Source of the DNA: Utricularia gibba | Lineage: Eukaryota > Plantae > Magnoliophyta | Direction of reading: 5' to 3' | NCBI GenBank assembly: GCA_002189035.1 | Contig: NEEC01000007.1 | Coordinates: forward strand, 2,728,001 to 2,792,000 | Length of the DNA stretch: 64,000 bases | Shown: one piece after another, positions 12,407 to 25,717 of the stretch | How positions within the stretch are numbered: the stretch's first letter is position 1 | How the letters are laid out: every line of letters begins with the position of its first letter | Program-made: the position numbers and the translations under genes | The notes under the pieces: generated by a model | What the model saw: only the letters and a program-made list of their open reading frames with translations | Database searches by the model: none | Told to the model about the DNA's origin: nothing

Positions 12407-15400
12407 TCAGCTGTCGTTCCTCAGAAATTCCTCCGCGATCGGGAAGCGAGGCGATATATCCACCGGAACCTGAGAAAAAGAGATTAAGCTTTGCTCCGAT
12501 GAAGTGCAGAAATTGTTGATGAGGTTCGGATTTCAATCCTTTTCCCCTTCCTGCTCAAGGAGCCACAAGGAATGCATACACGGCGTACCTGAATCGTTTC
12601 GAGTCGATCGAGGGCCTGTTTCAGAGGTTCTGTGATCACACCATGAGCTGAGAGAAGAGCTCGCGCTGCTGCTTTGTCGCCTTGTCCTTGTATGGTCAAG
12701 ATCGTCCTGCTTAACTTCTCAACAGCATCTCCAATCTTCAACGCCAGGAAGATGAAGACATTTGGGGTCAAGTCTCCGATCAACGTGTTGGTGTTAAGGA
12801 GGGTGAAGAATGCACCTACCTTGTCGAAATCGACGGCGAACTTGCCATCTTGGTGCAGAACGAAGCCACCCTTCTCAAACAAGTAGTTGAACTGCAATGC
12901 TTGCCCTTTACTGAAGGGGTCAAGTGATCTTTTGAGTCCCCTAATTCCACACAAAGTGCCTTGCTATGTAACAGTGAGAAGCAGGGCTTACCCGTGAGCT
13001 TCCTCTAGGCCAAAGCGTATTGAACGGAAACAGCCGGCGAGGAACGAAACGTACATGGATTTCACCAAGCTCTCTGGGAGTATGTTCTGTTGGATATTCA
13101 TTCAGCAACGGGCGTCAACATGAAAAAGGAAACTCATATGCATCACCTTGTTTACAAGAAATCCTAGTGCCCAAAGGCCAACAATGTCGGCTTTAGCTTC
13201 CTCCATTGCTGAGTGAAGTTCTTGCAGCTCCTGATTTGTACAGAAAAACAAAATGTATTAACTTTTTTTTTTTCAACAATGCCCAGTAAGTGGATCATAG
13301 TAGATGAAATGCAAGATATTGTCGAGGAAGTAAGTGCTCATAGATGACAAAGCTGAAAGGAAAAACATACCAATCTTACAGTAGATCGCTCCCCATCCGG
13401 AAGCACTATGGTATGAGGTCCAATTCCATGGCAGCACTCATGGCATATGGTGTGCGTGAAGAAAGAATTGAAATCAACATATCCACACTGTTCTTCTGCT
13501 ATGCATATGCTGGCTATGGGTTGAAGAATGAGCTTGAACCTGATTTCAGAACAGTCTATCCATTAAGAAAGTGAAGCATTTGAAAATTGCCTCCACAGAG
13601 ATCATGAGAGGGAAATGTACTTTGCTTCTGAAACATTCTTGAGCATGACCATAGCAGTTCCGCGATCATTTACTATGCGCTCATCATTTGGAAGATTAAA
13701 AGCAACAGTCTGTGGGCCTTTTACATCCTATCATAAAAAAGATTATGGGTGGATGAAAGCCTGCGTTATGAATATGTAAACACTCACCCCAGCATTGTAG
13801 ATAAGATTGACGACTCGGATTGGGGCAGCAACGACATTCTCAGATTTATAAGCATCATCCATTGGAAGATTCATCTCTAAAACCTAGAAATTTATATATG
13901 TTAAACGATACCAAATGAGATAATGACTGTTTAACGTTGGCAAGGAATTGGTGCACCTGTAAACTGTCCCCAAATAATTTCAATTGTGCTGTTGCCTCAT
14001 CATCACGAATTCCAATGAATGCCTCAAAAGTAGCCTTTTAAAAGTAACCACAGAAGCACCGACAGAGCATTGAATACGCAAAATACTGGATGAGTACGGC
14101 TCACCAAAGAGAACAACAGAAGCATGTACACATACCTTGTACCCGAATATTCTATCTTCATAAGTCTCATACGGACCAATGGTAATATCAAGCTTTGAGT
14201 CCTTGTAGATGAAAGCAATAGAAGTAAGAAAACACTTAACTATGCTTAGGCATTCGAAAAAGTAAATTATGCCCTTCTATGTAATACAGAAATAAATAAT
14301 AAGATATCAATATCAAGATGCAGTAAATTATGTTAGGATGTAAAAAGAACTAACCAATTCCATCCAGGCAATATCTGAATCATGGTAATCATTCGACAGG
14401 AAGGATTGAGCTCTACTGTACAAAAACTTCTTCAAGCTGCAGCAACAAACTTTTCATTTGTTCCCTTCCATTTTCCACTCCCTTGGAATGTTAAGAATAT
14501 GCAGGTCATTTACCTAGAGGAACTGGCGAGGTCCCCAGCCTTGGTGATTAGGTCAGAAGCTTCTGTAAGTAACTCCTTGTATTCTTCAGAGTATGGAACA
14601 ATAAATAGATCGTGTGGATTCCTGGTTCTTCCTTTAGTATTGACATGGGATTTGTCTAATAGTCTCTCGCTTTCCCTTTTGATAACAGAGAAAAATCCAG
14701 TAGCCTCATTCTTCTTATCTTCAGGCAGAGAGTTTTTCCACGACTCAAATTCCTGCCAAAAAAAGTAGCTGCTCATGATGGGAGAAGATAACATGTCGGA
14801 AAATGTAAATGCGTATTTCCTCCAAAGAAAAAAATAAGTGTTCAGTACCAGTTTGTCCATATCTTGTGGATAGAAGTTAGCACCAGCTGGTTTTTCTAAA
14901 GGAAAAGCAATCCTGTATTCAAATCCCTTCCAGTTTGCCGTTTGCTTCATAGCTTTAGGAAGCAGCTTCAAGGCCGAGTCTGCAGTCGTTAAAAATGCCT
15001 CATTTTCATCCAAAGAGGACCTTAAAGGGAAAAAAACGTAGCTTCAGGTGTATAATAATAAAAAAAAACAATGCATTCGTAAGTATAGTTGTTAATGAAA
15101 ACCACTGAACACCTAAAATATGTGAGAATGGCACCGGAACTTCAGAAATCATGATGATTCAGCATACCATGGACTTTTGTTGACTAGATAATACAGCCAT
15201 TTGTATTTGTTAAATGTAGATTCCTCAGCATGCCCTTCTAGCCAATCTCTCAAGGCTAGGTTGCTCGGCCAAACCTGGATTCGCCAAAAAGAAATAAGCC
15301 AAATCAGTAGTATACAGACAATGCAGAAAACAGAACAAATCAAATATTTTCACAAAATCCAGGAAAGAAGAACAAAAAGGGTAGTAAACCGTGATTACAA

Positions 15401-17393
15401 AATTATTTAATCTACGGTTCTCATATCCTCACAATTGGAGATGTGCATATTTGTATCCAAACTACATATGGTTCAGAACACAACCTGCTGGAAGAAAATT
15501 TCGTCCATTATTTTTGCAGCCTTAATGAGTAATCTCAGAGCCTCATTATCTTCATTGCGGAGGCCAGACAACTGTTGGTGAGAAATGACCAAATAACAGA
15601 TAAATAATGGATCTTTTACCACATGAACTCGTATTAACAATGGCATAAGACTTGCCCTACAATGCTGACAATCTTAAATTTTTAAACCAGGTATTGTCTG
15701 GTGAAAAAATAACGCCTGATAGGAAACTTCTAGCAGATTCAAACCTCAGCATCTAGGGAGACAACAGCGTAGCGTTTCAGAAGGTTATCCAGATTTAAAG
15801 CACGTGATTCCACATCTTTTGTGTACCTAGAGTCATAAAAGTAGAGTCATATGTGAAAAAGCATGAATACACATTCGTTTACCAGTGAAACGACAAGCCA
15901 CTGAATGATTTTCATGTTTATAAACGCCTTAGAGAATTAGTTGTCATACCTACCTTTCTGACAAAACATCAAACAGACGACCATACTGTCCATTGACATT
16001 ATAAGGAACATATTGAGGATCCTGTTTTTCAAGCAAGCTTCTATACTCCATGTAAGGTATATACTTCACAGCTGATACTTCAGATTCCTTCACGCACCAT
16101 GTTCAAAATACAATAATTGGCCTTGCTTCAAAGAATGAGGTATATGAAACACTGTCTTTAAATATGACACAAACATGGCAAGCTAGCTTGAACGCTAAAA
16201 AAATGAGGGCTACTTCATTCTCTTTTCCATGTTTTAAGTTACGGAATAGTATACTAGGTAAAAATTAAAGGCCAAGTGAAAAGGCTTCCGAAGGCCCATC
16301 ATAACTTATGATTCGGGCTGAGAATCAGGATATCGCAGAATTATGAACGCAAACTTCCTGACCTGGAGTGTTAAGGCTTCCAAGGGGATTGGATCTGTTG
16401 TGGTAACAAGATATACATCATTGTATTCGTTATTAATGAACTGTCCGCCATTGGTTACACTACAAAAATGGCATAACTTTACACAATTTACTATGGTGCT
16501 CAATCAGCCTGTAATCTACAAAAATAAAATCAGGCATGTAATGAAACAGACAGCGATTAACAATTGAATATAAAACGATTCAAATATTCTCCACTCAAAG
16601 GCATGCAAAACTGCACCCATGATAGTTTTAAAGCGAGAAAAACGAAGGTGAAAACTCAAAGTTCATATCCAGTAAAAAATAACGTGAGAAAAAAGATAAA
16701 GCTCACAAGAATCAATACTACAATTTTCAGTAACCAACCTTTCTTCAAGAAGAACATGCAGCAGCTCAAATGCATCTGCAGGGAGTACAATTCCAAGCTC
16801 TTCATGAAGCTCTCTCCTGTCATCACGATCAGTATTAAGATCCACCCGACATCAACCAAGCAATCTCCGATCAGCATAAATTAAAAAAAAATTATATATA
16901 TGTATTTGGTACTGTTTTCAATTCTTCAAAATTGAAGAACAAACTCAATGTTATCAGTTACTATTATGTAATAGGGATTCCAAAATACGTTATTCACTGT
17001 TAATACCTGGCAGTGACAAGAGATGAGTCTCCAGCAGATATATGTCCAGCACTAGAAATATCCCAAAACCCAGGCCACGAATCTTTGCATTCTGCGCGCT
17101 TTTGAAGGAGAAGTTCTCGTGTACTCTCACAAAAAATCCACACATGAACAGCTCGATGATAGTCTCCATCTCTATGGACTTGGCTCCTAAGAAGAAACCC
17201 AAACACCGAACACAAAAATCAAAATTCATCCATCTGATATATGCATAAAAAAAACGGTTGCATTGCAACTCATTCATCTACCAAATTTGTTGAAGAGAAG
17301 TCCGTACCTTGGCTTAGAGAAACCCGTTTTTTCCCCAGTTTTTGTGAGAACATCAAAATACTCCTCTTCCACAACTTGCTGCTGCTGATCCAT
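12407..17393 (-). CDS. NUDT3: Nudix hydrolase 3 (Nudix domain plus peptidase M49/DPP III domain), many exons
   Basis: Starts MDQQQQVVEEEYFDVLTKTGEKTGFSKPR; VHRDGDYHRAVHVWIF..LLLQKRAECKDSWPGFWDISSAGH; RELHEELGIVLP; HTICHECCHGIGPH zinc motif; ends VPVDISPRFPIAEEFLRNDS*. Confidence 0.95.
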
Positions 17394-18819
17394 TGTTGCA
17401 GCCATTTTGGGGTAGCCGTGTAAACGCCGTGCAAACTGCAAATGGCCTTTTCACGTGTAGGGAAAATTATATACAACATCCCTACTATTTCACATAATAT
17501 CAAAAATGATCCCCAAATTTTCATGTAAAAAAAACGATTATTTTCCATTGCCAAAATTAATCCCCATACTTTTATTATTATTTATTACACATTCATGTTC
17601 CCCAACATTAGTTGGACCCCAATTTTCAGATGTTTGGCATTATTAGTTCCCATAATTTGCATACCAGCCCTCGTTGTTCAAAAGTCAAAACATTATTAAT
17701 CCGTAATTTTTGAATGTTTTGCCTAATAAATCCAGATTATCTGAATTCAATTAATATTTAATTAAAACATGTTGTGAACATGTTTATTTTATATTTTAGT
17801 ATGTTAGTAACATATTATCAAAATAAATTTTATAATGAAAATATAATCTAAAATAAGAAATTCAAATTAATATTTTATAACTTTTAAAACTATATATTAT
17901 GTTGTAAAGTAATAAATCAATTTATAATAATATAAAAATTATGATTCATATCAAATATTTGATATTTAATTCGTTAACATTTTAAAATTAAAAAATTAAA
18001 AAAGAATTTAAAGAAATAAAGTATTTTTTGAGAAAAAATAACGTTATTAGAAGAAAAATTGTTAGAATGATAATAATAAATCAAAATGAGTAAATTGCAT
18101 TAGGGTTATTTTTTAAAATAAAAAGTTTACATTTTTATTATGAAAAATGAGAAATAACTCTATTCAATAAAGCTATTAATTTCTTATTTTTAAAATAAAA
18201 AAATTATTAATTTTTTAGGTATTACAACTTATAATCTTTTTATACGATATTATTTATTTTAAATATTAAAAACTTACGATCTAACCTTCTTTACTTTAAA
18301 AAAAAAAATGTCTCCTATAAGGTGAGAAGAACATTTTTTTTTACACATTTTCACTTTCATATTCATAATCAATATGAAATATTGTCACTAACCTTCTTAT
18401 TTTATATTCTGTCCTATTTAGTCACTCAGAGTCCTTAGTTAGTGCATTTATGTTTGGTTGTAATACAAATATCAAACTTACACTCTTGATATCATATTGT
18501 TCATTTTAAACACATAATTTTCATGATTTTACATTTTTTTTCGAGTGAAATACCTTATATAAGATTAATAGAATTTATTTATTTAAATACATTATCTTTT
18601 TTGTCTGTCTGTAATTAATTTAAATAATGTCACAGGCCCCTAAGCCTTACAATACATGCGTAACATAGTCTAATTTGTTTTTTTTTTTTTCTTGTTCATT
18701 TCAATTCATTATTCATTCAATTGAAAATGAGAATGAGACCTTCCCTTTATTTTTACTATGAAAATTTATTCTCTTCTCTCTAAAAATTCATACTTTCTTC
18801 TCTACTCAAGAAGTCTAGG

Positions 18820-19413
18820 TAGAGCTGGGTACGAGTCCGGGTCAACCCGTCCGACCCGTGGGTTGACTCATAACAAGTCAATCCGTGACTCATACTCGTC
18901 ACTGGATGGGTACGGTGAGAGTCGAGATGGACGGGTATGGGTTGACCCGTCAACCCGTACCAGTGTACCCACTTATTCTCAGAAGAGGACAAAAACATTG
19001 AATAGTAGGATCAACTATTTATTTACTTCTTCTTGGTTGTCCACCATGTGGCATCCACTGTTGGGTGGGAATCATTCCATTTTACAGGTGGGAACCCGAG
19101 GGGAGAAGCCTCGGTCCCTCTATGTCGGCAACATAAATATTATCCAGGAAGCAACGTAGGGGGCTGCTGGGGCTCATGGGATTGCTGATGAGCATAGGAA
19201 GGTGAAGAGGGAAGTTAAGTGGAGGACAAGGGCACTTCAACCCGGGTACAGTTAAGTGGAGGAAGCAACATAGGGGGTTCATGGGATTACAGTTAGTTTA
19301 CCTCTCTTTCAGATCCACCCGGATACGAGTTTTACCCGCACGAGTTTGACCCGCCGAGTCAGCCACTTAATTTTTGATCCGGCGGGTCGGACTCGTACCC
19401 GTACCCAGCTCTA
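18820..19413. mobile_element. Non-autonomous hAT-type DNA transposon (MITE-like), 594 bp
   Basis: Perfect 14-bp TIR TAGAGCTGGGTACG / CGTACCCAGCTCTA; 8-bp TSD AGTCTAGG at 18812-18819 and 19414-19421; subterminal ACCCG/GGGTACG repeats. Confidence 0.93.
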
Positions 19414-20866
19414 AGTCTAGGTCAAGTGCTAAACAACTTTAGACTTCTTCTTTTTGTTGTTTACCAGATTTGCATATTGCTAAATTTCAATCTCAGCTTT
19501 TATTTCATTGATTTTGGCTTGTTATAACAAAAAGTGTGTGTTTTAGGGCAAATATGTATCTAGGTTCTTTTTATTCTTGTTTTTTACATACATATTTGTT
19601 TTTCCTAATTCGTGATTTTACATCATTGTCTATTTTTCGTATTCCTTCATTCCTATGTTATTGGTTAAATAGATAATATTCATATTTTTTATATATCATA
19701 GAAAAGGTAAGCAAATGTAAATGAGTAAAATGTAGAAGAAGATGATTTGAGAGGATTGATGCATAAAAAATATTCATTAAATTGTGTGTTGAACAACTTC
19801 AAGCTAAGAATAAGTCAAATAACAATTTCAACAAAATTGGATGTAGTATTGTAATCGGTTCGAACTGAAAGTATAACTGTACGATTTTGGTTTGGTTCAA
19901 TATATTTCAAACTGTAGAACTATCGGTTTCAACCCGTGCAAAACCAACGGTTTCAATAATATGTTTCAATTGCAGTGTAAACCATTTTACATTGAATTCT
20001 TTTTTCTAAAACTCATGATAAAAAATTAGTATCTAAATATGTTAATACCATATGTTTCATGATTCCATTTTGTGGATAATTTGATAAAGTTGGAGAGAGT
20101 TGTTAAGAGACATGAAAATTTGAAAGATTGATTCAATTATAGGCATTTATTTTTACCTTGTATTATAGTAAATTTCATATGATTAATGATATTCCTGTAA
20201 ATTATAAATACAAAGATAAAGTCAAATTAATAGTGTAAATAATGGCGATAAGTATAATGACTCAATAAAACTGACATTTGGATTAGATATGGAGTGATCA
20301 AGTCAGATGAATAAAGATAATAAAACAGATACTTTTGATGATAAGATGAATGATTTTGGACAAAAAATATATTCGTGATTTCGCATATGATTATAAGACT
20401 AGATTTATACTTTAATTATATTTTTATCATGTATTCAAGTATTGTATACATATTTTAATCTCATGTTTTTAAATTTATTCAAAATGTTAGCTTATTTTTC
20501 ATTATTAATGTCAAAATGACATTATTTATTTATTATTTTCAAAATTGGATTATTAATGTCAAATCCAAGATAATAAAATATTAAAAAAACAATACATTTT
20601 TCAAATATAATGGGCCCTGAAGTTGTCGTTAATTCCCCGTGGACCCATGAGCGCGGAGTGCGAGGAAGAAGAATGACTGGAGGAGTTCACATGGCGGCGT
20701 GTTTTCAAGGTCACTTGTAGCCGTCGATCTTGACCTGCTTTTGTGAGTGGATGGAGGCCTGTCGTAATGCCTGCGTTTGCTTTCTTTTTTAGTTCAGTTC
20801 GATGACTGGTTGATCTAATCCTGTTCTTGGGCCAATCGCAGCAAGCTGTGTAGGAGGGAGGGAGTA

Positions 20867-23237
20867 ATGGCGGCACGAGCAATCATCACTCTGATTATAT
20901 TCGTTCTGTTGACGGAAAAAGCAGCCTCGGCTTCAGCGCCAATCATCACTTTAAGCTCTTACATCACCGCCAACAACGCCACAAACTCCACTTGGGTTTC
21001 TCCTTCCGGGCGAATTCGCCTTTGGTTTCCGGCGAGTGGCGCCAGCGGGTTACTTGCTAGCAACTTGGTTCGACGGGCTGCCGGAGAAGACAATCGTCTG
21101 GTCGGCAAACCGCGATAACCTTGCCCCGGAAGGATCGAGAATACAACTCTCTTCAGATGGCAGATTCCGGCTTGATGATCCGAACGGACGAGAAATTTGG
21201 AGGGCTAACGTCGCCGGTGTTGTCACCTACGCGGCAATGTTGGATACTGGAAATTTCGTTCTCTCGAACAATTTATCGAACACCTTGTGGCAAAGTTTTG
21301 ACGAGCCAACGGACACGCTGTTGCCTTCCCAGATATTCCGTCGAGGAAGCACATTAATCGCCAGCTTCTCAATGACGAACTACTCCAGAGGAAGATTCAT
21401 GTTACGGCTACAAGATGATGGGGATCTTGTGCTCTCCACAAGAAACGTCACCGCCGTCCCTGGCGTTATCATCTACTGGAGAACAGATACTTCACGAACA
21501 AGATCCCAGTTGATATTCAACCAATCTGGGCATGCTTACCTCGCGAATCAGAACAGTTCCACTCTCGCATCTCTTTTTCCAGACCACGATTCAACTGGTG
21601 ACCTTTACCGGAGAATAGTACTCGAATATAATGGGGTTCTCAAATACCAGACGCATCCGAAACATGCCAATTCTTCGAGCTCCTGGGTTTATGGCGTCTC
21701 CTTTTTGCCTACCGACATTTGCGATCAAGTGACGAACGGCAACATTACAGTGGCCGCCGGTGCTTGTGGTGAAAACAGCATCTGCTCATACGGATCTGAT
21801 CACGGAAGACCCAACTGCAGTTGCCCTCGAAGCTATTCCTGGGTGGACTCAACCGATACATTGGGTGGATGTAAACCCGATTTTCAACTGCAAAGCTGCG
21901 ATTTCAACGAAACCGGGAATTTCTCCTTGGTTGATTTGAGCAATACGAATTTCTATTACGGTGATTCTGGGGTGTTCGGAGATACCGACGCCTGTAGGCG
22001 ATCATGCCTTGAAGACTGCGGCTGTGCTGCGGTGGTGCAGGATGGCATTCGTTGTTGGAAGAAGAAGTTCCCTCTTATGTACGGGAGAGCTCATTCTGGA
22101 GTGTGGACATTGGCCATGCTCAAAATCAGGACAAGCAACACTACTGTGATACCTGCCAGACATGGAACTGGTCGGAGTAACAGAGGTTCAGTGATGGCGA
22201 TCATCGGATGGGTTCTATTTGGGAGTTCGCTTCTTGTAAACTTGGCATTGATTTCATTACTGGTCTTTGCTCCTCGGAGAAAAAGGTGGAACAACAAGAG
22301 TGGGGGAGGAGGAGGATACAGAGGTCTGCACCTGAGGTGGTTCAGTTTCAGGGAGCTGGAGGAAGCTACAGATGGATTCACGCAGGAGCTGGGGAGAGGG
22401 GCATTCGCAATTGTGTATAAAGGGATTATCGAGGATGAGAATGGGGAGAGGCCTGTAGCTGTGAAAAGACTGAAGAAGGTGGAGTTAGAACAGGAATTTG
22501 TCTCCGAGATCATGTCAATCAGCATGACCAACCACAGGAATCTTGTCCAACTGATAGGATTCTGTGATGAAGGTGAAAACCGGATTCTGGTTTACGAGTT
22601 CATGAGCAATGGCTCTCTGGCAACGCTTCTGTTTGGGGGTGCCTCCCCATCACCGCCCAGTTGGGATACCAGAGCTCAGATTGCAGTAGAAATAGCAAGG
22701 GGGCTGCTGTATTTGCACGAAGAATGCAACTTCCAAATCATACATTGCGACATCAAGCCACACAATGTGCTGCTGGATGCATCCAATGTCGCAAAAATCG
22801 CAGATTTTGGACTGGCCAAGCTTCTGATGCCGGACCAAACGAGGACCAGCACCATGGCGAGGGGCACAACAGGGTACATGGCTCCGGAATGGCTTCGGAG
22901 TGGACGCATCACTACCAAAGTGGATGTGTACAGTTTTGGGACCATGCTGCTTGAGCTCGTCTGCTGCAGGAAGAAGTACGAGGCAGCTAGTAAAACTGAG
23001 AATGAGGTGATCTTAGTTGAGTCTGCATATGAGTACTGTCAACAAGGAGAATTGCATTTGTTAGCAATGGAGGACGATGGATCAAGAGATGACATTGAAA
23101 GGTTTCAGAAGTTTGTGATGATTGCAATTTGGTGCATGCAAGAAGATCCATCTGCGAGGCCCACCATGAAGACGGTTGTGAATATGCTTGAAGGTTCCAT
23201 GCACGTCCCGCTTCCTCCTGGCGTCTCAATAGCTTGA
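20867..23237 (+). CDS. G-type lectin S-receptor-like Ser/Thr kinase (bulb lectin-EGF/PAN-TM-kinase), intronless; +1 frameshift near 21008-21010
   Basis: Signal peptide MAARAIITLIIFVLL..WVSPSG in one frame; EFAFGFR..WFD..TIVWSANRD, AAMLDTGNFVL, WQSFDEPTDTLLP, GRGAFAIVYKG, VAVKRL, HCDIKPHNVLLD, DFGLAKLL, RGTTGYMAPEW in the next frame. Confidence 0.9.
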
Positions 23238-23491
23238 ATCATCATTTCTTTTTAAAATACTCCTATCAGTGCAAGCCCCTGAGAAATCAGCTTTCAAATT
23301 GTTGTGTTGGTCTCATCGCCCTCTTGTGTTGTAGAGAACAGCGCATGTTGTCCCATAAATGGCTACCTATCACAAAGAGTGTAAGTCAGATTGTTTGTTC
23401 CAAAACAGCAGTAGAGTCTATGAAAATATCATCATCTTGCAAAGAAAGACGGATCAATATCATCTTTTTGCTACAAAGTACCTGCTGATGA

Positions 23492-25472
23492 TTATCGTTT
23501 TGATGCTGAAGTGTCACGGCGATACCGATCACCATGCCTGTCTCTAGCTCGTGGATGTTCCTCATGCTCGGACATGGAGTCATCGGACTGCCTGGAGTGA
23601 TGACGATGATGCCTATGCCTTCTTCTTCGTTGGCTTTCATTTCTACTCCTAGAATGCTTGCTTTCTAAGCTCTCAGATGAACTTGACTCGCGATGCTTTC
23701 GCTTTTCCTTCTTCTTTTTCTTCTCATGTCCCCTTGATGATCTTCTCCTTCTATCATCTCCATCGTCATCATCATCAGAAGATGATGATGATTCTCTGTC
23801 TTTTAGTTTATGGGTAGTCGAAGACTTCCTCCTTTTCTTAGACTTCTTGCTCTTGCCCGGAAATTTGGTTAACAAATCCGGCATGCCGCTAGCATCGACT
23901 AGAAACCCTGGACTCAAATTGAATACAAATAGTTTAACATTGGCAATCTGTAAATGGCAACGGCAGAGAGATGTATTGGTATCAAGCTTTTCACCTCCAT
24001 ACTCATCGAAAACCTCTCCAGCAACTATCTGCTGGTTGGGGTCATCACGGTCGAAGCCACCATGTGGAGGGCTCATTCCTGGCGCCTGCTTCAGCTCCCA
24101 CTTCAGGGGCTGCACAACAAGATGATGAAAATAAGCATAGCAAACGTAAGTAACTAGCAGAACATAATCTGCAGATTCGGATGAAAGTCACCTCGACTGA
24201 ATCTGTTTGAGCAAGTATTGCTGTCAAGGGATCATCACGCTTCAACCGGTTTTCCTCATTTGCTGTTATCGCATTTTTAAGTGGACAATCTCGATCGCCA
24301 CTTTGATGACCGAAATTCCCACATCTCAGACATTTGACATTTCGAATCTCGACTCCAAATGGCTTTGCCCTCCCAGCCACTCCAGTATCTAACCTACAGG
24401 AAAAATTTCCAGTAGTATCAGGAAAATACAATTTAACGTAGAATAGCACACAAAACCAAGACACAAGAGAGGGGTCATCATAAAGAAATATTTCACATGA
24501 TTCCCAATAAATGGAAGAGGAGAAAAGCATCACAACGCACTTTGGAGCATTTTTTAAAACTTCAAATTGTTCTTCTGTTGGCAAAACACGACCAAACACG
24601 TCTTTTGGCCGAGATTTCTTCTTCTCCACAGCGGGGGGTGCACCTTCCACTTGCCTAGCAGCACAGAATCATTACAGATTCTTGATCAATGAACAACAAA
24701 AAGAGAACAAAAGACCATGTTACACGAAATAGCAGGTCAAAATTACTGAATACTTGGAAAACAACTAATTACTTTGAAGATGACGCCCCAGGTGCCTGAG
24801 AACTGTTTTCACCATCTGTCTTCTTCTTCTGAGATGAAATCTCGGCTTCCTTCGCGCTCTCCGGATCGTATCCAGGAGGCTTTACATACATAAAGCTTAC
24901 AGCCCTCATCATTTCCAACTGAACACATGAAAGAGGCAAAAAAGAGAGTGTGAATTCAGTTGTTGAACTGTTCATAAAAATCAGAACGCACGAAGAACAA
25001 ACCCATCCATCAACAGGAATCAGAAAGAGCTACCCTTTCTTTCTCCTTCTTGTTAATAAGAGCAGTCTGGCGTAGAAATTCCTGCTCTTGAGCATACTGT
25101 GACCAAAGAGGAAACATTGCATCAAAACATAAGTTTCAAGGAAATAAGGATCCCAGAACCAGCAAAATCCAGGCTTAATAAAGTAAATTTGAAAACGAGG
25201 GATCTGAAAGAAGCAAACCCAATTTTCGCAAACTGAACTCCACGAAGCCTCACCTCGCGAGCGACCTCTTCCGCGCGGCGCTCCTTCTGGGCATGGGTCT
25301 GCTCCGCGATCCACTTGCGGCGCTGGTTCGGGTAAGAGAGCGGATGCCATGGCTTCTGGTTCAGAAACGAGTGAGACCACGCGGTTCCAGCCTTCGTTCT
25401 GTAATCGACTTCACCATCTTTCACAGTCGACTTCTTTCCCATTCGGAATCCTCCGCCTTCGCCGTCCTCCAT
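23492..25472 (-). CDS. CBF1-interacting co-repressor (CIR N-terminal) / CCHC zinc-knuckle protein (At4g19190-like), multi-exon
   Basis: MEDGEGGGFR..DYRTKAGTAWSHSFLNQKPWHPLSYPNQRRKWIAEQ, AVSFMYVKPPGYDPESAK, PFGVEIRNVKCLRCGNFGHQSGDRDCP; basic Ser/Arg/His-rich tail. Confidence 0.9.
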
Positions 25473-25717
25473 CTCCGACAGCGGTTTCAACAAAGGAGAG
25501 ATTCAGAGTAGAATACATTCTATTTCTGCTCGCTTTTTATTTGGGGCCTGGGGCCATAATAGAAAAGGCCCAATTCAATGAAGGCTTGGGCTTTACAAAT
25601 GTGATCTGGATTCTCACCAAAGATTCTGAAAGATTCTTTTTCGTTTTACTGAAATTTTTCTGCACATAAATTTGGCCAACAGAACAAGTGGACAAACAAA
25701 CAAGCATTCCTCAGTCG
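25473..25717. promoter_or_regulatory. Compact bidirectional promoter with site II-like (GGCCCA/TGGGCY) motifs
   Basis: 245 bp between divergent ATGs; ggggcctggggccat, aaggcccaa, cttgggctt clustered at ~25540-25595. Confidence 0.5.

Noticed and set aside
13470-13500. HECCH instead of the HEXXGH motif in the NUDT3 M49 domain
   Set aside because: Already known for plant Nudix-DPP III proteins; not novel
17450-17760. MULE-TIR-like sequence in the NUDT3 promoter
   Set aside because: No partner TIR or TSD found
22091-22945. Antisense ORFs over the kinase (also over MYB3R, DUF632 and FAO)
   Set aside because: Shadow ORFs of long coding exons
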